Below are positions 26,584 to 39,649 of a DNA stretch of 64,000 nt, one piece after another. The stretch is from assembly GCF_006345805.1 (NCBI RefSeq), contig NC_042997.1:41478001-41542000 (forward strand). Direction: 5' to 3'. This DNA is from Octopus sinensis (Eukaryota). The notes under the pieces are model-generated. The model searched no databases. It was not told where the DNA came from and saw only the letters and a program-made list of their open reading frames with translations. Every line of letters starts with the position of its first letter. The first letter of the stretch is position 1. Both the position numbers and the translations under genes were made by a program.

Positions 26584-27235
26584 ATGTATGTATATGTAAG
26601 TGTATGTGTGTGCGTGCGTGTGTATACACATACACTGAAGGTTTTTGAGAAAAAACATGCCAACTAATGGCCACCATTAGAGAACACCAAGTATAGCGAG
26701 GGGAGTGTCAAAAATGAAAGTGAAATCTTCTCTAACCTACATTCGACTTCATTTCCTATAAAAAAAACTATTTGGTTTTTCTTGTTTTGAAAAGTTTTCT
26801 TTATGTCGTGTGTTGTAAATGACAATAATAAACTTTTGTCACAAAGTTTTCTTGCAAAATAAATTTTTCTGGGAAAAACATTGATGTCATACAAAGTTAC
26901 TGTTAAACCAATCAACAGCTTAAAAACGATTAAATATAGATTCAAGTTTCAGTTTTACTCAGAGTTGTTACGAGGTAAGTTTTTCGTTTTACATCTTCTA
27001 ATTTATTTCTTTAATCCCGTCTCGCCATTGCTTTACAAATACTTCACATAATCGCTTTCAATGCTTTTCCTTTACATTATTACTACACAATTCGTCTTCT
27101 CATCTGAATTGTTTAGCTCTTATTTCTAATAATGTAGGTGTTTCGTAACACACCAGTCACATTTACTGGCAATTGTAATTCTCTTTTTGGGTGAAACAGC
27201 AACTGCTCTTATATATATATATATATATATATATA
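25163..27235 (+). repeat. Rearranged local duplication of 15024-16880 in three shuffled segments
   Basis: 25163-25739 ~ 15767-16343; 25744-26518 ~ 15024-15792; 26519-27235 ~ 16159-16880. Confidence 0.85.
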
Positions 27236-27335
27236 NNNNNNNNNNNNNNNNNNNNNNNNNNNNNNNNNNNNNNNNNNNNNNNNNNNNNNNNNNNNNNNNN
27301 NNNNNNNNNNNNNNNNNNNNNNNNNNNNNNNNNNN
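27236..27335. other. Assembly gap (100 N)
   Basis: Direct reading. Confidence 1.
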
Positions 27336-27997
27336 CTCTCTCTCTCTTTCTTTCTTTCTATTGTCTCTAGCCTTGTTTCCTTCTTTCATTCATTCTTTCT
27401 CTCTTACTATCTTCTATCTCTCTCTCTTCTTTCTTTCTTTCTTTCATTCTATTTGTCTCTAGCCTTGTTTCCTTCTTTATTCATTCTTTCTCTTACTATC
27501 TTCTATCTCTCTCTCTCTCTCTTTTTTCTTTCTTTCTTTCTTTCTTTCTTTCTTTTGTCTCTAGCCTTGTTTCTTCTTTCATTCATTCTTTCTCTCTTAC
27601 TATCTTTTATTCTCTCTCTTTTTCTTTCTTCTTTCTTTCTTTCTTTCTTCTATTTGTCTCTAGCCTTGTTTCCTACTTTCATTCATTCTTTCTCTCTTAC
27701 TATCTTCTATTCTCTCTTTCTCTCTCTTTCTTTCTTTCTTTCTATTTGTCTCTAGCCTTGTTTATTCTTTCATTCATTCTTTCTCTCTTACTATCTTCTA
27801 TTCTCTCTCTCTCTTTCTTTCTTTTTTTCTTTCTTTCTATTTCTGTCTAGCCTTGTTTCCTTCTTTCATTCATTCTTTCTCTCTTACTATCTTTTATTCT
27901 CTCTCTCTCTCTCTTTCTCTCTTTCTTTCTTTCTTTCTTTTTGTCTCTAGCCTTGTTTCCTTCTTTCATTCATTCTTTCTCTCTTACTATCTTCTAT

Positions 27998-28030
<33 letters not shown>

Positions 28031-28552
28031 CTATTTGTCTGTAGCCTTGTTTCCTTCTTTCATTCATTCTTTCTCTCTTACTATCTTTTATTCTCTCTCT
28101 CTCTTTCTCTCATTCTTTCTTTCTTTCTTTCTTTTTGTCTCTAGCCTTGTTTCCTTCTTTCATTCATTCTTTCTCTCTTACTATCTTCTATTCTTTCTCT
28201 CTCTTTCTTTCTTTCTTTCTATTTGTCTCTAGCCTTGTTTCCTTCTTTCATTCATTCTTTCTCTCTTACTATCTTCTATTCTCTCTCTCTCTTTCTTTCT
28301 TTCTATTTGTCTCTAGCCTTGTTTCCTTCTTTCATTCCTTCTTTCTCTCTTACTATCTTCTATTCTCTCTCTCTCTTTTTTTCTTTCTTTCTTCCTTTCT
28401 ATTTGTCTCTAGCCTTGTTTCCTTCTTTCATTCATTCTTTCTCTCTTACTATCTTCTATTCTATCTCTCTCTCTTCTTTCTTTCTTTCTTTCTATTTGTT
28501 CCTAGCCTTGTTTCCTTCTTTCATTCATTCTTTCTCTCTTACTATCTTCTAT

Positions 28553-28591
<39 letters not shown>

Positions 28592-29122
28592 CTATTTGTC
28601 TCTAGCCTTGTTTCCTTCTTTCATTCATTCTTTCTCTCTTACTATCTTCTATTCTCTCTCTCTTTCTCTCTTTTTCTTTCTTTCTATTTGTCTCTAGCCT
28701 TGTTTATTCTTTCATTTATTCTTTCTCTCTACTATCTTTTATTCCCTCTCTCTCTTTCTCTCTTTCTTTCTTTCTTTTTTTTTTGTCTCTAGCCTTGTTT
28801 CCTTCTTTCATTCATTCTTTCTCTTACTATCTTCTATTCTCTCTTCTCTCTCTTCTTTCTTTCTTTCTATTTGTCTCTAGCCTTGTTTATTCTTTCATTC
28901 ATTCTTCTCTCTCTTACTATCTTCTATTCTCTCTCTTCTTTCTTTTTTTTTTCTTTCTTTCTATTTCTGTCTAGCTTGTTTCCTTCTTTCATTCATTCTT
29001 TCTCTCTTACTATCTTCTATTCTCTCTCTCTCTCTCTCTTTCTCTCTTTCTTTCTTTCTTTCTTTTTGTCTCTAGCCTTGTTTCCTTCTTTCATTCATTC
29101 TTTCTCTCTTACTATCTTCTAT

Positions 29123-29153
<31 letters not shown>

Positions 29154-29668
29154 ATTTGTCTCTAGCCTTGTTTCCTTCTTTCATTCATTCTTTCTCTCTT
29201 ACTATCTTCTATTCTCTCTCTCTCTTTCTCTCTTTCTTTCTTTCTTTCTTTCTTTTTGTCTCTAGCCTTGTTTCCTTCTTTCATTCATTCTTTATCTTAA
29301 TATCTTCTATTCTTTCTCTCTCTTTCTTCTTTCTTTCTATTTGTCTCTAGCCTTGTTTCCTCTTTCATTCATTCTTTCTCTCTACTATCTTCTATTCTCT
29401 CTCTCTCTTTCTTCTTTCTATTTGTCTCTAGCCTTGTTTCCTTCTTTCATTCCTTCTTTCTCTCTTACTATCTTCTATTCTCTCTCTCTCTTTTTTCTTT
29501 CTTTCTTTCTTTCTATTTGTCTCTAGCCTTGTTTCCTTCTTTCATTCATTCTTTCTCTCTTACTATCTTCTATTCTCTCTCTCTCTTCTTTCTTTCTTTC
29601 TTTCTTTCTATTTGTCTCTAGCCTTGTTTCCTTCTTTCATTCATTCTTTCTCTCTTACTATCTTCTAT

Positions 29669-29705
<37 letters not shown>

Positions 29706-29962
29706 CTATTTGTCTCTAGCCTTGTTTCCTTCTTTCATTCATTCTTTCTCTCTTACTATCTTCTATTCTCTCTCTCTTTCTCTCTTTCTTTCTTTCTTTC
29801 TATTTGTCTCTAGCCTTGTTTATTCTTTCATTTATTCTTTCTCTCTTACTATCTTTTATTCCCTCTCTCTCTCTTTCTCTCTTTCTTTCTTTCTTTCTTT
29901 TTTTTGTCTCTAGCCTTGTTTCCTTCTTTCATTCATTCTTTCTCTCTTACTATCTTCTATTC

Positions 29963-29997
<35 letters not shown>

Positions 29998-30068
29998 ATT
30001 TGTCTCTAGCCTTGTTTCCTTCTTTCATTCATTCTTTCTCTCTTACTATCTTCTATTCTCTTTCTCTT

Positions 30069-30099
<31 letters not shown>

Positions 30100-30352
30100 A
30101 TTTGTCTCTAGCCTTGTTTCCTTCTTTCATTCATTCTTTCTCTCTTACTATCTTCTATTCTCTCTCTTTCTTTCTTTCTTTCTTTCTATTTGTCTCTAGC
30201 CTTGTTTCCTTCTTTCATTCATTCTTTCTCTCTTACTATCTTTTATTCTCTCTCTCTCTCTTTCTCTCTTTCTTTCTTTCTTTCTTTCTTTCTTTTTGTC
30301 TCTAGCCTTGTTTCCTTCTTTCATTCATTCTTTCTCTCTTACTATCTTCTAT

Positions 30353-30384
<32 letters not shown>

Positions 30385-30627
30385 ATTCTATTTGTCTCTA
30401 GCCTTGTTTCCTTCTTTCATTCATTCTTTCTCTCTTATTATCTTCTATTCTCTCTCTCTCTTTCTTTCTGTCTATTTGTCTCTAGCCTTGTTCCTTCTTT
30501 CATTCATTCTTTCTCTCTTACTATCTTCTATTCTCTCTCTCTTTCTTCTTCTTTCTTTCTTTCTTTCTATTTGTCTCTAGCCTTGTTTCCTTCTTTCTTT
30601 CATTCTTTCTCTCTTACTATCTTCTAT

Positions 30628-30664
<37 letters not shown>

Positions 30665-30845
30665 CTATTTGTCTCTAGCCTTGTTTCCTTCTTTCATTCA
30701 TTCTTTCTCTCTTACTATCTTTTATTCTCTCTCTCTCTCTCTCTCTTTCTCTCTTTCTTTCTTTCTTTCTTTTTGTCTCTAGCCTTGTTTCCTTCTTTCA
30801 TTCATTCTTTCTCTCTTACTATCTTCTATTCTCTCTCTCTCCCTC
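27336..30845. repeat. Pyrimidine-rich minisatellite, ~95-bp unit, about 37 copies, with variable internal (CT)n/(CTTT)n
   Basis: Unit core ttgtctctagccttgtttccttctttcattcattctttctctcttactatcttctattc. Confidence 0.95.
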
Positions 30846-31749
30846 CCTTCTTTCTCTCTCTCATTCTCATCTCGTTCTTTATTACAGAATCACTTCACGT
30901 TTTTTGTTTTTTCCATCTTTCTTCCTCACTTTCTTGTTCTGTTTCTTTTTTCTTCCTTCATTTCATTATTCCTTCCTTCCATCTTTTCTTTCTTTCTTTT
31001 CCCTCCCATCCTTCCCTTCTTTCTTCTTTTCTCTCTTGATTTCCTTCTTTCTCGTTGTCTCTTCCTCCCTCTCTCCTCTCACTTTCTCTTTTGTCATCTC
31101 TGTAACCCCATCTCTCAATCCTCCCTGTCTCTCTCTCTCTCTCCTTCAAACCCATCTCTTTGTCTCCCTCTTCTTCTCTCTCTTTAACTCTGACCCTTCC
31201 TGTATCTGACTGTCTGTCTACCTGTGTGTCTGTCTCCTTTTGTTTGCTTCTTTCTCTCTCTCTCTCTCTCTCACCTCATTATTTATCACTCTACTATTTT
31301 GCCTCTCTTCCCATTTATAAGTCTGAAACCTATTTAGGGGTAGTTGTGGGTCACTAAGTTTTAAAATTGCAATATTTTTCTTTTCTATCACATCATGTGA
31401 TTTTTCCCTATAGACTGGTCCATATTAACCCACCCATAGCTCCATCTTTCAGAAATTTCTCGATGTGTTTTTGGTAGAGTAGCTTAGCAGTAAGAATCTC
31501 AGAGTCAGTTGAGCATTCAGTGAGTGAGGTTGTGACGCTCTGTTGGCCTCGTATACATACATGTATAGAAGTGTGTTTCCTAATATCTCTGTGCTTCAAC
31601 GCTCGGTCGTCTCAATCTGCTTTGTTAATCTCTTCTTACTATCAACAAATGTACAAAAGACATCATCGTTAAACATTTCTGTTGAATATTTATTTTATCT
31701 AAGTATTTCGACATCTATTTAGACAAACCTAGATACATAAATATGCTCT

Positions 31750-33170
31750 TTGTTATTTTCTCTCTTTTCACATTTATCTCCTGAAATAATGCAGAGGTTC
31801 AGTAGCATGGTGTCATTGCGAAGGAAATGCTTGAAATTCCCTGACTCTTTTTGTTATATATGTGGGTGTTTTACAGTATCAAGTCCAAGAATGAACATTG
31901 CTCAATTGACTTACCTGAAGATTAAAGTTGGCAATCGGTATAAATCATGGGTCCCGCTCAATATATGTAAACCCGGTGCCGAAAAATCTATGCCAATCAA
32001 CAAAGGACTCAAACAAACAACTAACTTTTGGCATTCCTATGGCATGGTGAGAACCGAAGAACCATATTAAAGATTGCTACTTTTGTCTCACAAATTCTTC
32101 TGGTTATAGCAAGAGATTGCGACAGAACAAATCTGGATTCATCAAATCGTCCAATGTTTCACCCAGAACCCAGTTTCAAGGATCTACCGTCATTGCAAGA
32201 TAAAAATGGTATATGTGAAGTAGATGTAAAACATGAAGATGACAGTGATACAGACTTTGTAGTAACATCGACCAAAGAACGTGAAAACCAGGCAGAACTC
32301 AAGTATTTCGTTAGGGACCTAGGACTGTCACAAGAGTTATCGGAACTTATCTTCTAGGCTTAAAGAGAAGAATGTGTTACAGAAACGTGACTTTTTATCA
32401 GAACAAAGAAAAAGTCCTCTTAGCATTCATAACAACTGAAAATTATTTTGCTTACTGTTGTGACGTGGCGGGACTGTTAAATGCGATGGGTGGTGGATAC
32501 TATGACCGCAGTGAGTTTATAGATAGCTGAAAGAAGTGTCTAAAATGTTTGTTACTCCATAATTGAAACTTGTTTGCTGCGCTTCCTATTGGTCACTCTG
32601 TGAACTTAAAAGAGAATTATGATCACATAAAAGTTGAATTAGATTTACCCAAATCTGATGAACACAAATGGGTCATATGTGTGGATCTAAAAATGCTCAA
32701 CTTTTTATTGGTCAACAAAGACTGTACACAAAACATCCGTCTTTCCTGGGTTTATGCAATAACCAAACGAGAGACAATCATAGGGAGCGGAAACTCTGGC
32801 AAGTAAGGAAAAGTTTGACTTCTGGAGAGAAGAATATCATACACGAAAGACTTGTTGAGCGAGAGAAAATCATCTTCTCAACCCTTCATATTAAACTAGG
32901 ACTAATGAAGTAATATATCGAAGCTCTTAATGTGGAGAGTAGCTGTTTCAAATTCATATGTTTAGCATTTCCTAGCATTTCCTGTGTTATGATAAAATAA
33001 CGGCTGGTGTTTTTTGATGTGTCACAAATCCGAAAGTTAATGAAATGCCAGACATTCTCGCTCTCGATGACTGACGTAGAAAAAAGAGTATGGGATTCAT
33101 TTGTGGCTGTTGTGAAAGGATTCGTAGCGAGTGAAAAGGCTGAGAACTACAATAAGGATACATTATTTAT
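31750..33170 (+). mobile_element. Decayed DNA-transposon transposase, Chapaev3/CMC-like
   Basis: Fragments PDSFCYICG, PIGHSVNLKENY, WVICVDLKM, LHIKLGLMK, SQIRKLM, WDSFVAVVKGF; many stops and frameshifts; superfamily assignment from recollection of motifs. Confidence 0.55.
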
Positions 33171-33464
33171 TTGTCCTCATTTTGTTTGTTGTTCTCATTC
33201 CTAAGGTATTTTTCGATGTTATTATTATTATTAAGGTCATTGCCTGGATTCGAACTCGGAATCTTGGGGTTAGTATCCCGCATTCTTAACGACTACGCCT
33301 GTGGGCAATTATGGAGTGAATTTTAGGGGTTATAAATCTAATATTTTCCTATACTTCCTTAATACCGGTTTCCATAATCTTCTTATATCTGCACTCGGTT
33401 TGCTTAGGAGGTTGTTGTGTCCTAGCATATGTGCTGCTTCTTTCAGTTTTCGTATTTTCCAGTG

Positions 33465-33745
33465 AGTGGATTTAGTAGACGGAAACTGAAAGAAGCCCGT
33501 CGTATATATGTATATATATATGCGTGTGTGTGTTTGTGTGTCTGTGTTTGTCCCCTAGCATTGCTTGACAACCGATGCTGGTATGTTTATGTCCCCGTCA
33601 CTTAGCTGTTCGGCAAAAGAGACCGATAGAATAAGTACTGGGCTTACAAAAGAATAAGTCCCGGGGTCGAGTTGCTCGATTGAAGGCAATGCTCCAGCAT
33701 GGCCGCAGTCAAATGACTGAAAGAAGTAAAAGAGTAAAAGAGTAA
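33465..33745 (+). mobile_element. SINE (3' two-thirds)
   Basis: gtggatttagtagacggaaactgaaagaagcccgtcg...ccagcatggccgcagtcaaatgactga, (gtaaaaga)n tail. Confidence 0.75.
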
Positions 33746-33842
33746 AAGGGTATATATATATACTTCTACCCTCTCTCTCTCTCACTAAACTATATATCCC
33801 TCCCCTTCTCTTACCCGTTGTCTCTTTATGTTCCACTTCTTT

Positions 33843-33885
<43 letters not shown>

Positions 33886-34169
33886 ACTTTATCTCTCTTT
33901 CCCCATATCTTTCTCTCTCTCTAAAGGACACTTTACAGATCAACCACAAAAATATTTCCCCACCCATGATTTCATATCCTGCTAGAAAATACAACCAATT
34001 ACCTTCAAACCTGCATTTACTTTCAATTGAAGGACAGTTTAAGAAGCATGTATTTAGAACATTTCCTATATGTGGTCAATCTTCACGCTAAAAACAGAAA
34101 TCAAATGACTACAAATTTTGTTTGTTTTTCATATAAGAATTGAAGGATGTTTCCAAATCATCATCATCA

Positions 34170-34470
34170 TCATCATCAACATCAACGTTTAACGTCCGCT
34201 TTCCATGCTAGCATGTGTTGGACGGTTTTGACTGAGGGCTGGTGAACCAGATGGCTGCACTAGGCTCCAATCTTGATCTGGCAGAGTTTTTACAGCTGGA
34301 TGCCCTTCCTAACGCCAACCACTCCGAGAGTGTAGTGGGTGCTTTTTACGTGTCACCGGCATGGGGGCCAGTCAGGCGGTACTGGTAATGACCTCACGCG
34401 AATCTTTTTACACATGCCACCGGCACAGGTGCCAGTGAAGCGACGTTGGTAACGATCACGCTCGAATGGT
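34170..34470 (-). mobile_element. RTE 3' UTR fragment
   Basis: (CAT)n tail and the same body as 2795-3165. Confidence 0.75.
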
Positions 34471-34519
34471 TTCCCAATTATTTATAAAAGCAATTGATCT
34501 CCAAATGATCTCAAAATAT

Positions 34520-34965
34520 TTAATAAAAACGGTAACTATGCATCCAGGCCTCAAACCCATATCTCCAGAAAGACATTCAGCACCTGGAACGGGTTCAATA
34601 CTTAGCCAACGGAATGATCGTGGGCCTGTCTAAGCTTACGGATGAGGAACGTCTCCAACGGCTGGCATTACCTTCACTCGAACAACAGAGAATGTGGGAG
34701 AACTCATCCCAGCTTTCAACATCTTCAACGGGAATATAAACCTACCATTTGCGGAGTTTTTCACCCTTGCGCCGGATAGGGGTCTTCGTGGGCACGATTG
34801 GAAACTCTATCCCCAACACTTTCGACCCAACAGGCAGAAGGCTACATTCTCCATCCGTATCGCAGCCCCGTGGAACAAGCTACCATAAGATGTCATTCAA
34901 CTGCTCATCACTCCCCTGTTCAAAGAGGCTCTGGACAATTGTGACGACTGTATAAAACAATAACT
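34520..34965 (+). mobile_element. CR1-like LINE 3' fragment
   Basis: ERLQRLALPSLE, FFTLAPDRGLRGHDWKL, FSIRIAAPWNKLP. Confidence 0.75.
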
Positions 34966-34994
34966 GCTTTTCTTTTTTAACATGGCTTAAGCAT

Positions 34995-35215
34995 ATTGTG
35001 CTCTTTTACTCTTTTACTTGTTTCAGTCATTTAACTGTGGCCATGCTGAAGCACCGCCTATACTAGAGCAAATCGACCCCAGGAGTTATTCTTTGTAAGC
35101 CTAGTACTTATTCTATGAGTATCTATTGCCTAACCGCTAAGTTACGGAGACGTAAACACACCAGCATTGGTTGTCAAGCGATGTTGGGGGGACAAACACA
35201 GACACACTAACACAC

Positions 35216-35278
<63 letters not shown>

Positions 35279-35292
35279 ACACCACACACACA

Positions 35293-35346
<54 letters not shown>

Positions 35347-35535
35347 CAATATATATACATACACATATATATACGACGGGCTTCCTTCAGTTTCTGTCTA
35401 CCAAATCCACTCACAAGGCTTTGGTCGGACCAAGGCTATAGTAGAAGACACCTGACCAAGGTGTCACGCAGTGGGACTGAACCCGGAACCATGTGGTTGG
35501 TAAGCAAGCTACTTATCACACAGTAACTCCTGCGC
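34995..35535 (-). mobile_element. Full-length-looking SINE with internal (CA)/(TA) microsatellite
   Basis: Reverse complement of the SINE at 49150-49590; tRNA-like head ...gtaagcaagctacttatcacacag. Confidence 0.8.
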
Positions 35536-35574
35536 CTGCACACAGCCACTTCTGTGGAAATAAATTCTGGCAAT

Positions 35575-36275
35575 AAATTTGGCACTCTGGCATCGTGCTA
35601 GAAATAACAGTCAAGTGCTCTGAATTTCACTTCTTCTCCAGGTGGTCTCATACGACCCTAGAATTACAAACCAAATGCTAAAATATGCCTTGTTTTTCAT
35701 ATAAAATGGAAGGACATTCAAAATATACACAAAATTACTGTTCAAAAGGGATCTCACATCATTTTTGTGACAACACCCAAGTGTTCGAAAATTGGTATTG
35801 ATTTTTGTATAAAAATGAAGGACACTTTAAGAATGATCTGTAAAACACTTATAAAGATGGCTTCACTTCATGCTAAAAATAACAGCAAAATTTGCATTCT
35901 TTTTCATAGAAAAGTGTAGCACGACTGTCAAAATAATCTCTAATGAATTCATACCATGCTAGATATAATAGCCAGTTGCTCCGAAATGCGCATTGATTTA
36001 CATACAAAGTTGAAGGACTCTTGAAGAAGGATAATTTTATATGAAAACAAGGTATATTTTAGCATTTGGTTTGTATTTCTAGCGTCGTATGAGACCACCT
36101 GGAGAATTGAAATTCAGAGCACTTAACTGTTATTTCTAGCACCTTGACAGAGTGCCTGACAAACAATATTTTTGGAGACATTATTTTAAACTGTCCTTCA
36201 CATATTATATGGTAAAAAACATGAATTTCAAAGTACGTCAAATCAAATTAAATTTATTGGCTGAATTTATTGCCG
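35575..36275. repeat. Foldback/MITE-like element with ~130-bp inverted arms and degenerate internal subrepeats
   Basis: 35581-35707 is the reverse complement of ~36035-36165; recurrent tgctagaaataacag motif also at ~33980 and ~37900-38030. Confidence 0.65.
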
Positions 36276-36605
36276 CAGGAGTGGCTGTGTGGTAAGTAGC
36301 TTGCTTACCAGCCAGATGGTTCCGGGTTCAGTCCCACTGCGAGTCTTCTACTATAGCCTCCGGCTGGTCAAAGCCTGGTGAGTAGATTTGGTAGACGGAA
36401 ACTGAAAGAAGCCCGTCGTATATATGTGTGTTTGTCCTCCCTACCGATGCTGATGTGTTTACGTCCCAGTAACTTAGCGGTTCGGCAAAAGAGACCACTA
36501 GAATAAGTACTACCCATAGAAAGAATAAGTCCTGGGGTCGATTTGGTCAACTAAAGGATGTGCTCCAGCATGGCTGCAGTCAAATGACTGAAACAAGTAA
36601 AAGAA
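36275..36605 (+). mobile_element. tRNA-derived SINE
   Basis: gcaggagtggctgtgtggtaagtagcttgct...ggttcagtcccactgcg...aaatgactgaaacaagtaa. Confidence 0.8.
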
Positions 36606-36739
36606 AGTGTGTGTGTGTGTGGTGTGTGTGTGTGTGTGTGTGCGTGCGCGCACGTGCCTCTATCTTGCCATGTTGGATCGTTGGAGTCTGCACATTTTTC
36701 ACTCGCCGTTTTTTTCATTCTCTTTCCATTTTATTTTTT

Positions 36740-37030
36740 CTCATAATCCTTTTTGTTGAAGAGCGTAGGCTCAAAAGGTGAAAGACTTTCTCATCTTTCC
36801 CGACTGTTAACATAATACGCCTTCCTGGTCGTTCCTACACTTGTCTTCATCTTTTGTTTTTATGTACATTTGAACTCTATATATACATAGTTAGAATTTA
36901 CAAAAAGGACAGACAAAACAAAAGACGAAGACGGGTGTGTAAACAACAAACATGTATTAGTTTAACGCTCGGGGAGTGAGAAAATATTTTACCTTCGAGC
37001 CTACGCCCTTCGACAGAAAGGAACAAAGAG
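36740..37030. mobile_element. Penelope-LTR-like inverted pair around a short (TA) core, with hammerhead-like variants
   Basis: gaagagcgtaggctc at ~36758 and gagcctacgcccttc at ~36997; third copy at 56490-56625. Confidence 0.5.
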
Positions 37031-37059
37031 AGAAAACCGGTTTAGTGGCTAGCGATCAT

Positions 37060-37760
37060 ACTGGACCATCCAATAAATAATGCAGTTTTTTTTATATACT
37101 TCTATTATTTTTCAAAGTTAAAATGAAGTTCTATTTTAATCTAAAATACACTCTCCTTCATTTTTTACATACACTTGCAAGAGCCCTCTTCCAGAATTCA
37201 CTTGTCCGAGACGAAAAATACGTCTGTTGTACTGTTCTGATCTCGTCGACTGAATTCATATTTTTTCCTCCAAATGATTACTAGACGGGACAATGCCTAG
37301 CAAATATGGTTGGTGGGGCATCACTTCCTATTCAAACTGCTCCAGCCCTTGGAATGTCATCCTCGCAATATGTGGTTGAGCATTATCCTGATGGAAGAAT
37401 ACCTTTCGTCTTGCAACCAAAGGTGGTCCTTTTTCTTCTAGGACAGGTGTCGATGAATGGTTGAATGACTAAATCCAAGCTTCTCTGTTAGTTCCTCAAC
37501 AGTTACGATGGAATTTTGTTGCGTCACGCTTTGCAGGACGTCCTCGTCGAGGTCTGCAGATCTTGCAGGACACTGGCTTATGTTTATTGCCCGATCCCCA
37601 TATACTGCATTAATATTCCTAGCACTTTCTTTTGCGTTGATGCCCTTATTGAACTCATAAAGCAAAATATTCTCCTTTGTCACTTCCATTATAGCTTTGA
37701 AAAAATAGCAGTTAAGATCGAACTGCACTCTTGGTGAAACAAAATATACCTACACGCGTG
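37060..37760 (-). mobile_element. Internally deleted mariner transposase remnant
   Basis: LLYEFNKGINAKESARNINAVYGD, TVEELTEKLGFSHSTIHRHL, FFHQDNAQPH; ITR-like ggaccatccaataaataatgc at ~37064. Confidence 0.75.
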
Positions 37761-38349
37761 TTTATATGTGTGTGCGCATGCGTAATAAGAAAGGGAGACA
37801 TATAGAAAGTAAGGGAGGTGGGGTGATATTAATATATGAGGAGGTGAAAGAGAAAATATTTTCTAAGTATCTTTAATATTTATATAAAACTTTAAGATAC
37901 TTGGCTGTTATTTCTAGTATCGCGTAAGGATCACTAGTTGGGCAAGATTTCTTCGTAAAGTGTCCTTCAATCTTTCATGGAAACCAATGCAAAATATAGT
38001 GTGTTGAGCCGTTATTTCTAGCACTTGTAGGAAAACACATTTTATAGACGCTTCAATATGAAAAACATTACAAATTTGAAAGTCTTTAATAATGGAAGGC
38101 AAGGTGAAGTGTGCTGCTCTCATCTACCATCTGAAGCTCCGATAGTGTGGGCGCATTGCCTCTGAAGATGGACTGGTAGAAAGCCTCAGCCAGTGCTGCT
38201 GTGGAGGTGGGGCCAAAAGAGACAGGTCTGAATGAGTTTTCCGTTTATATAGTTTCCATCGCGAGCCTACAGTAATAAATAATGAGGTGGGAGGGGGAGA
38301 GAGAAAGCAAGAAAGGGGGAGAATACAGTAATATATAATGAGGTGAGAC

Positions 38350-38580
38350 AAGGCGGCGAGCTGGCAGAAACGTTAGCACGCCGGGCGAAATGCTTAGCAG
38401 TATTTCGTCTGCCGTAACATTCTGAGTTCAAATTCTGCCGAGCTCGACTTTGCCTTTCATCCTTTCGGGGTCGATAATTTAAGTACCAGTTTCGCACTAG
38501 AGTCGATTTAATTGACTTAATCCCTTTGTCTGTCCTTGTTTGTCCCCTCTGTGTTTAGCCCCTTGTGGGCAATATAGAAA
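38350..38580 (+). mobile_element. tRNA-derived SINE (second family)
   Basis: aaggcggcgagctggcagaaacgttagcacgccgggcgaaatgc...gagttcaaattc...aagtaccagtt; also at 60610-60835. Confidence 0.8.
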
Positions 38581-38761
38581 TATATAATGAGGTGAGAGAC
38601 CGGTGAGAGGGGAGAGAGAATGTAGGTGAATTTTTGCGTGAGTGTGTAAGTGTATGTGTAAGTGTGTATTTCTATGTATACGCTTATACATTGGTGCGCA
38701 TGCAAGTATGTACGCACACCCCTGTTAAATGAAAGAATAGCCTCCTGTCTTATTCTCTCGT
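38495..38761 (+). repeat. 267-bp segment duplicated at 39944-40210
   Basis: Identical except for two substitutions seen; includes a SINE tail plus unique flank. Confidence 0.9.
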
Positions 38762-39234
38762 AAAACTTTCCGGTATTTCAAAGAAAATATATTCAACACA
38801 ATCAACTATTGATAGTGTGGGAAAGTTTGTTTCAAGTCGGGCGAACCTAATACAATAAAAGAATGCGTCTAAATGTGCTGCAGACGGTGTCCACATGTTG
38901 ATGCATGTGCGCAGACGACACTGCTTGGTTCGAAGCGAGAGAATATCGAATAAACAAAAGAATAAATTAGAATGAACTAGAAAGGCACCCGAAGAGCGCT
39001 GGCCTCCGCCAAGCAGACCATTTCCACCCATATACACGAATGCCCCCAAATCGCCCAATTTCTCAAACAAACATCGGCAAAAATATAACCTCCTTGGCGG
39101 GGGTAAAAAATAAATTAATACAGCCATATTATTAAAAAAAAACCCTTTAAAAACAGGAATCATCTGAAGCAGTTATTATACATCAATGATAATAGCGAGC
39201 TAGTTTAACCATACAACTTGTTTTTTTTAAACTT

Positions 39235-39605
39235 TTTTTTACTTGTTTGAGGCATTTGGCTGCGACCATGCTGGAGCACCGCCTTTAGTCAAGCAAATCA
39301 ATGCCAGGACATATTCTTTGTAAGAATAGTACTTAATCTATCGGTCACATTTGCTGTTATGGGACCTAAACACACCAGCATCGGTTGTCAAGCGATGTTA
39401 GGGGGGACAAACACGGACACACAAACACACATATATACACATATATACGACGGGCTTCTTTTAGTTTCCGTCTACCAAATCCACTCACAAGGCTTTGGTC
39501 GGCCTGAGGCTATGGTAGAAGACACTTGCCCAATGTGCCACGCAGTGGGACTGAAACCGGAACCATGTGGTTGGTAAGCAAGCTACTTACCACACAGCTA
39601 CTCCA
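39235..39605 (-). mobile_element. SINE (same family as 34995-35535)
   Basis: ccatgctggagcaccgcc...gtaagcaagctacttaccacacag. Confidence 0.8.
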
Positions 39606-39649
39606 GCGCCTAAAAAGAAACAACAATTACCTAAAACTTGAGTGATACA

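Noticed and set aside
26664-26945. 93-aa minus-strand ORF as a host exon
   Set aside because: No recognisable domain; the paralogous copy near 16330-16620 differs by indels in the A/T runs.
27453-31039. Hydrophobic S/F/L-rich ORFs
   Set aside because: Products of the pyrimidine minisatellite; frames are broken by variable microsatellite lengths.
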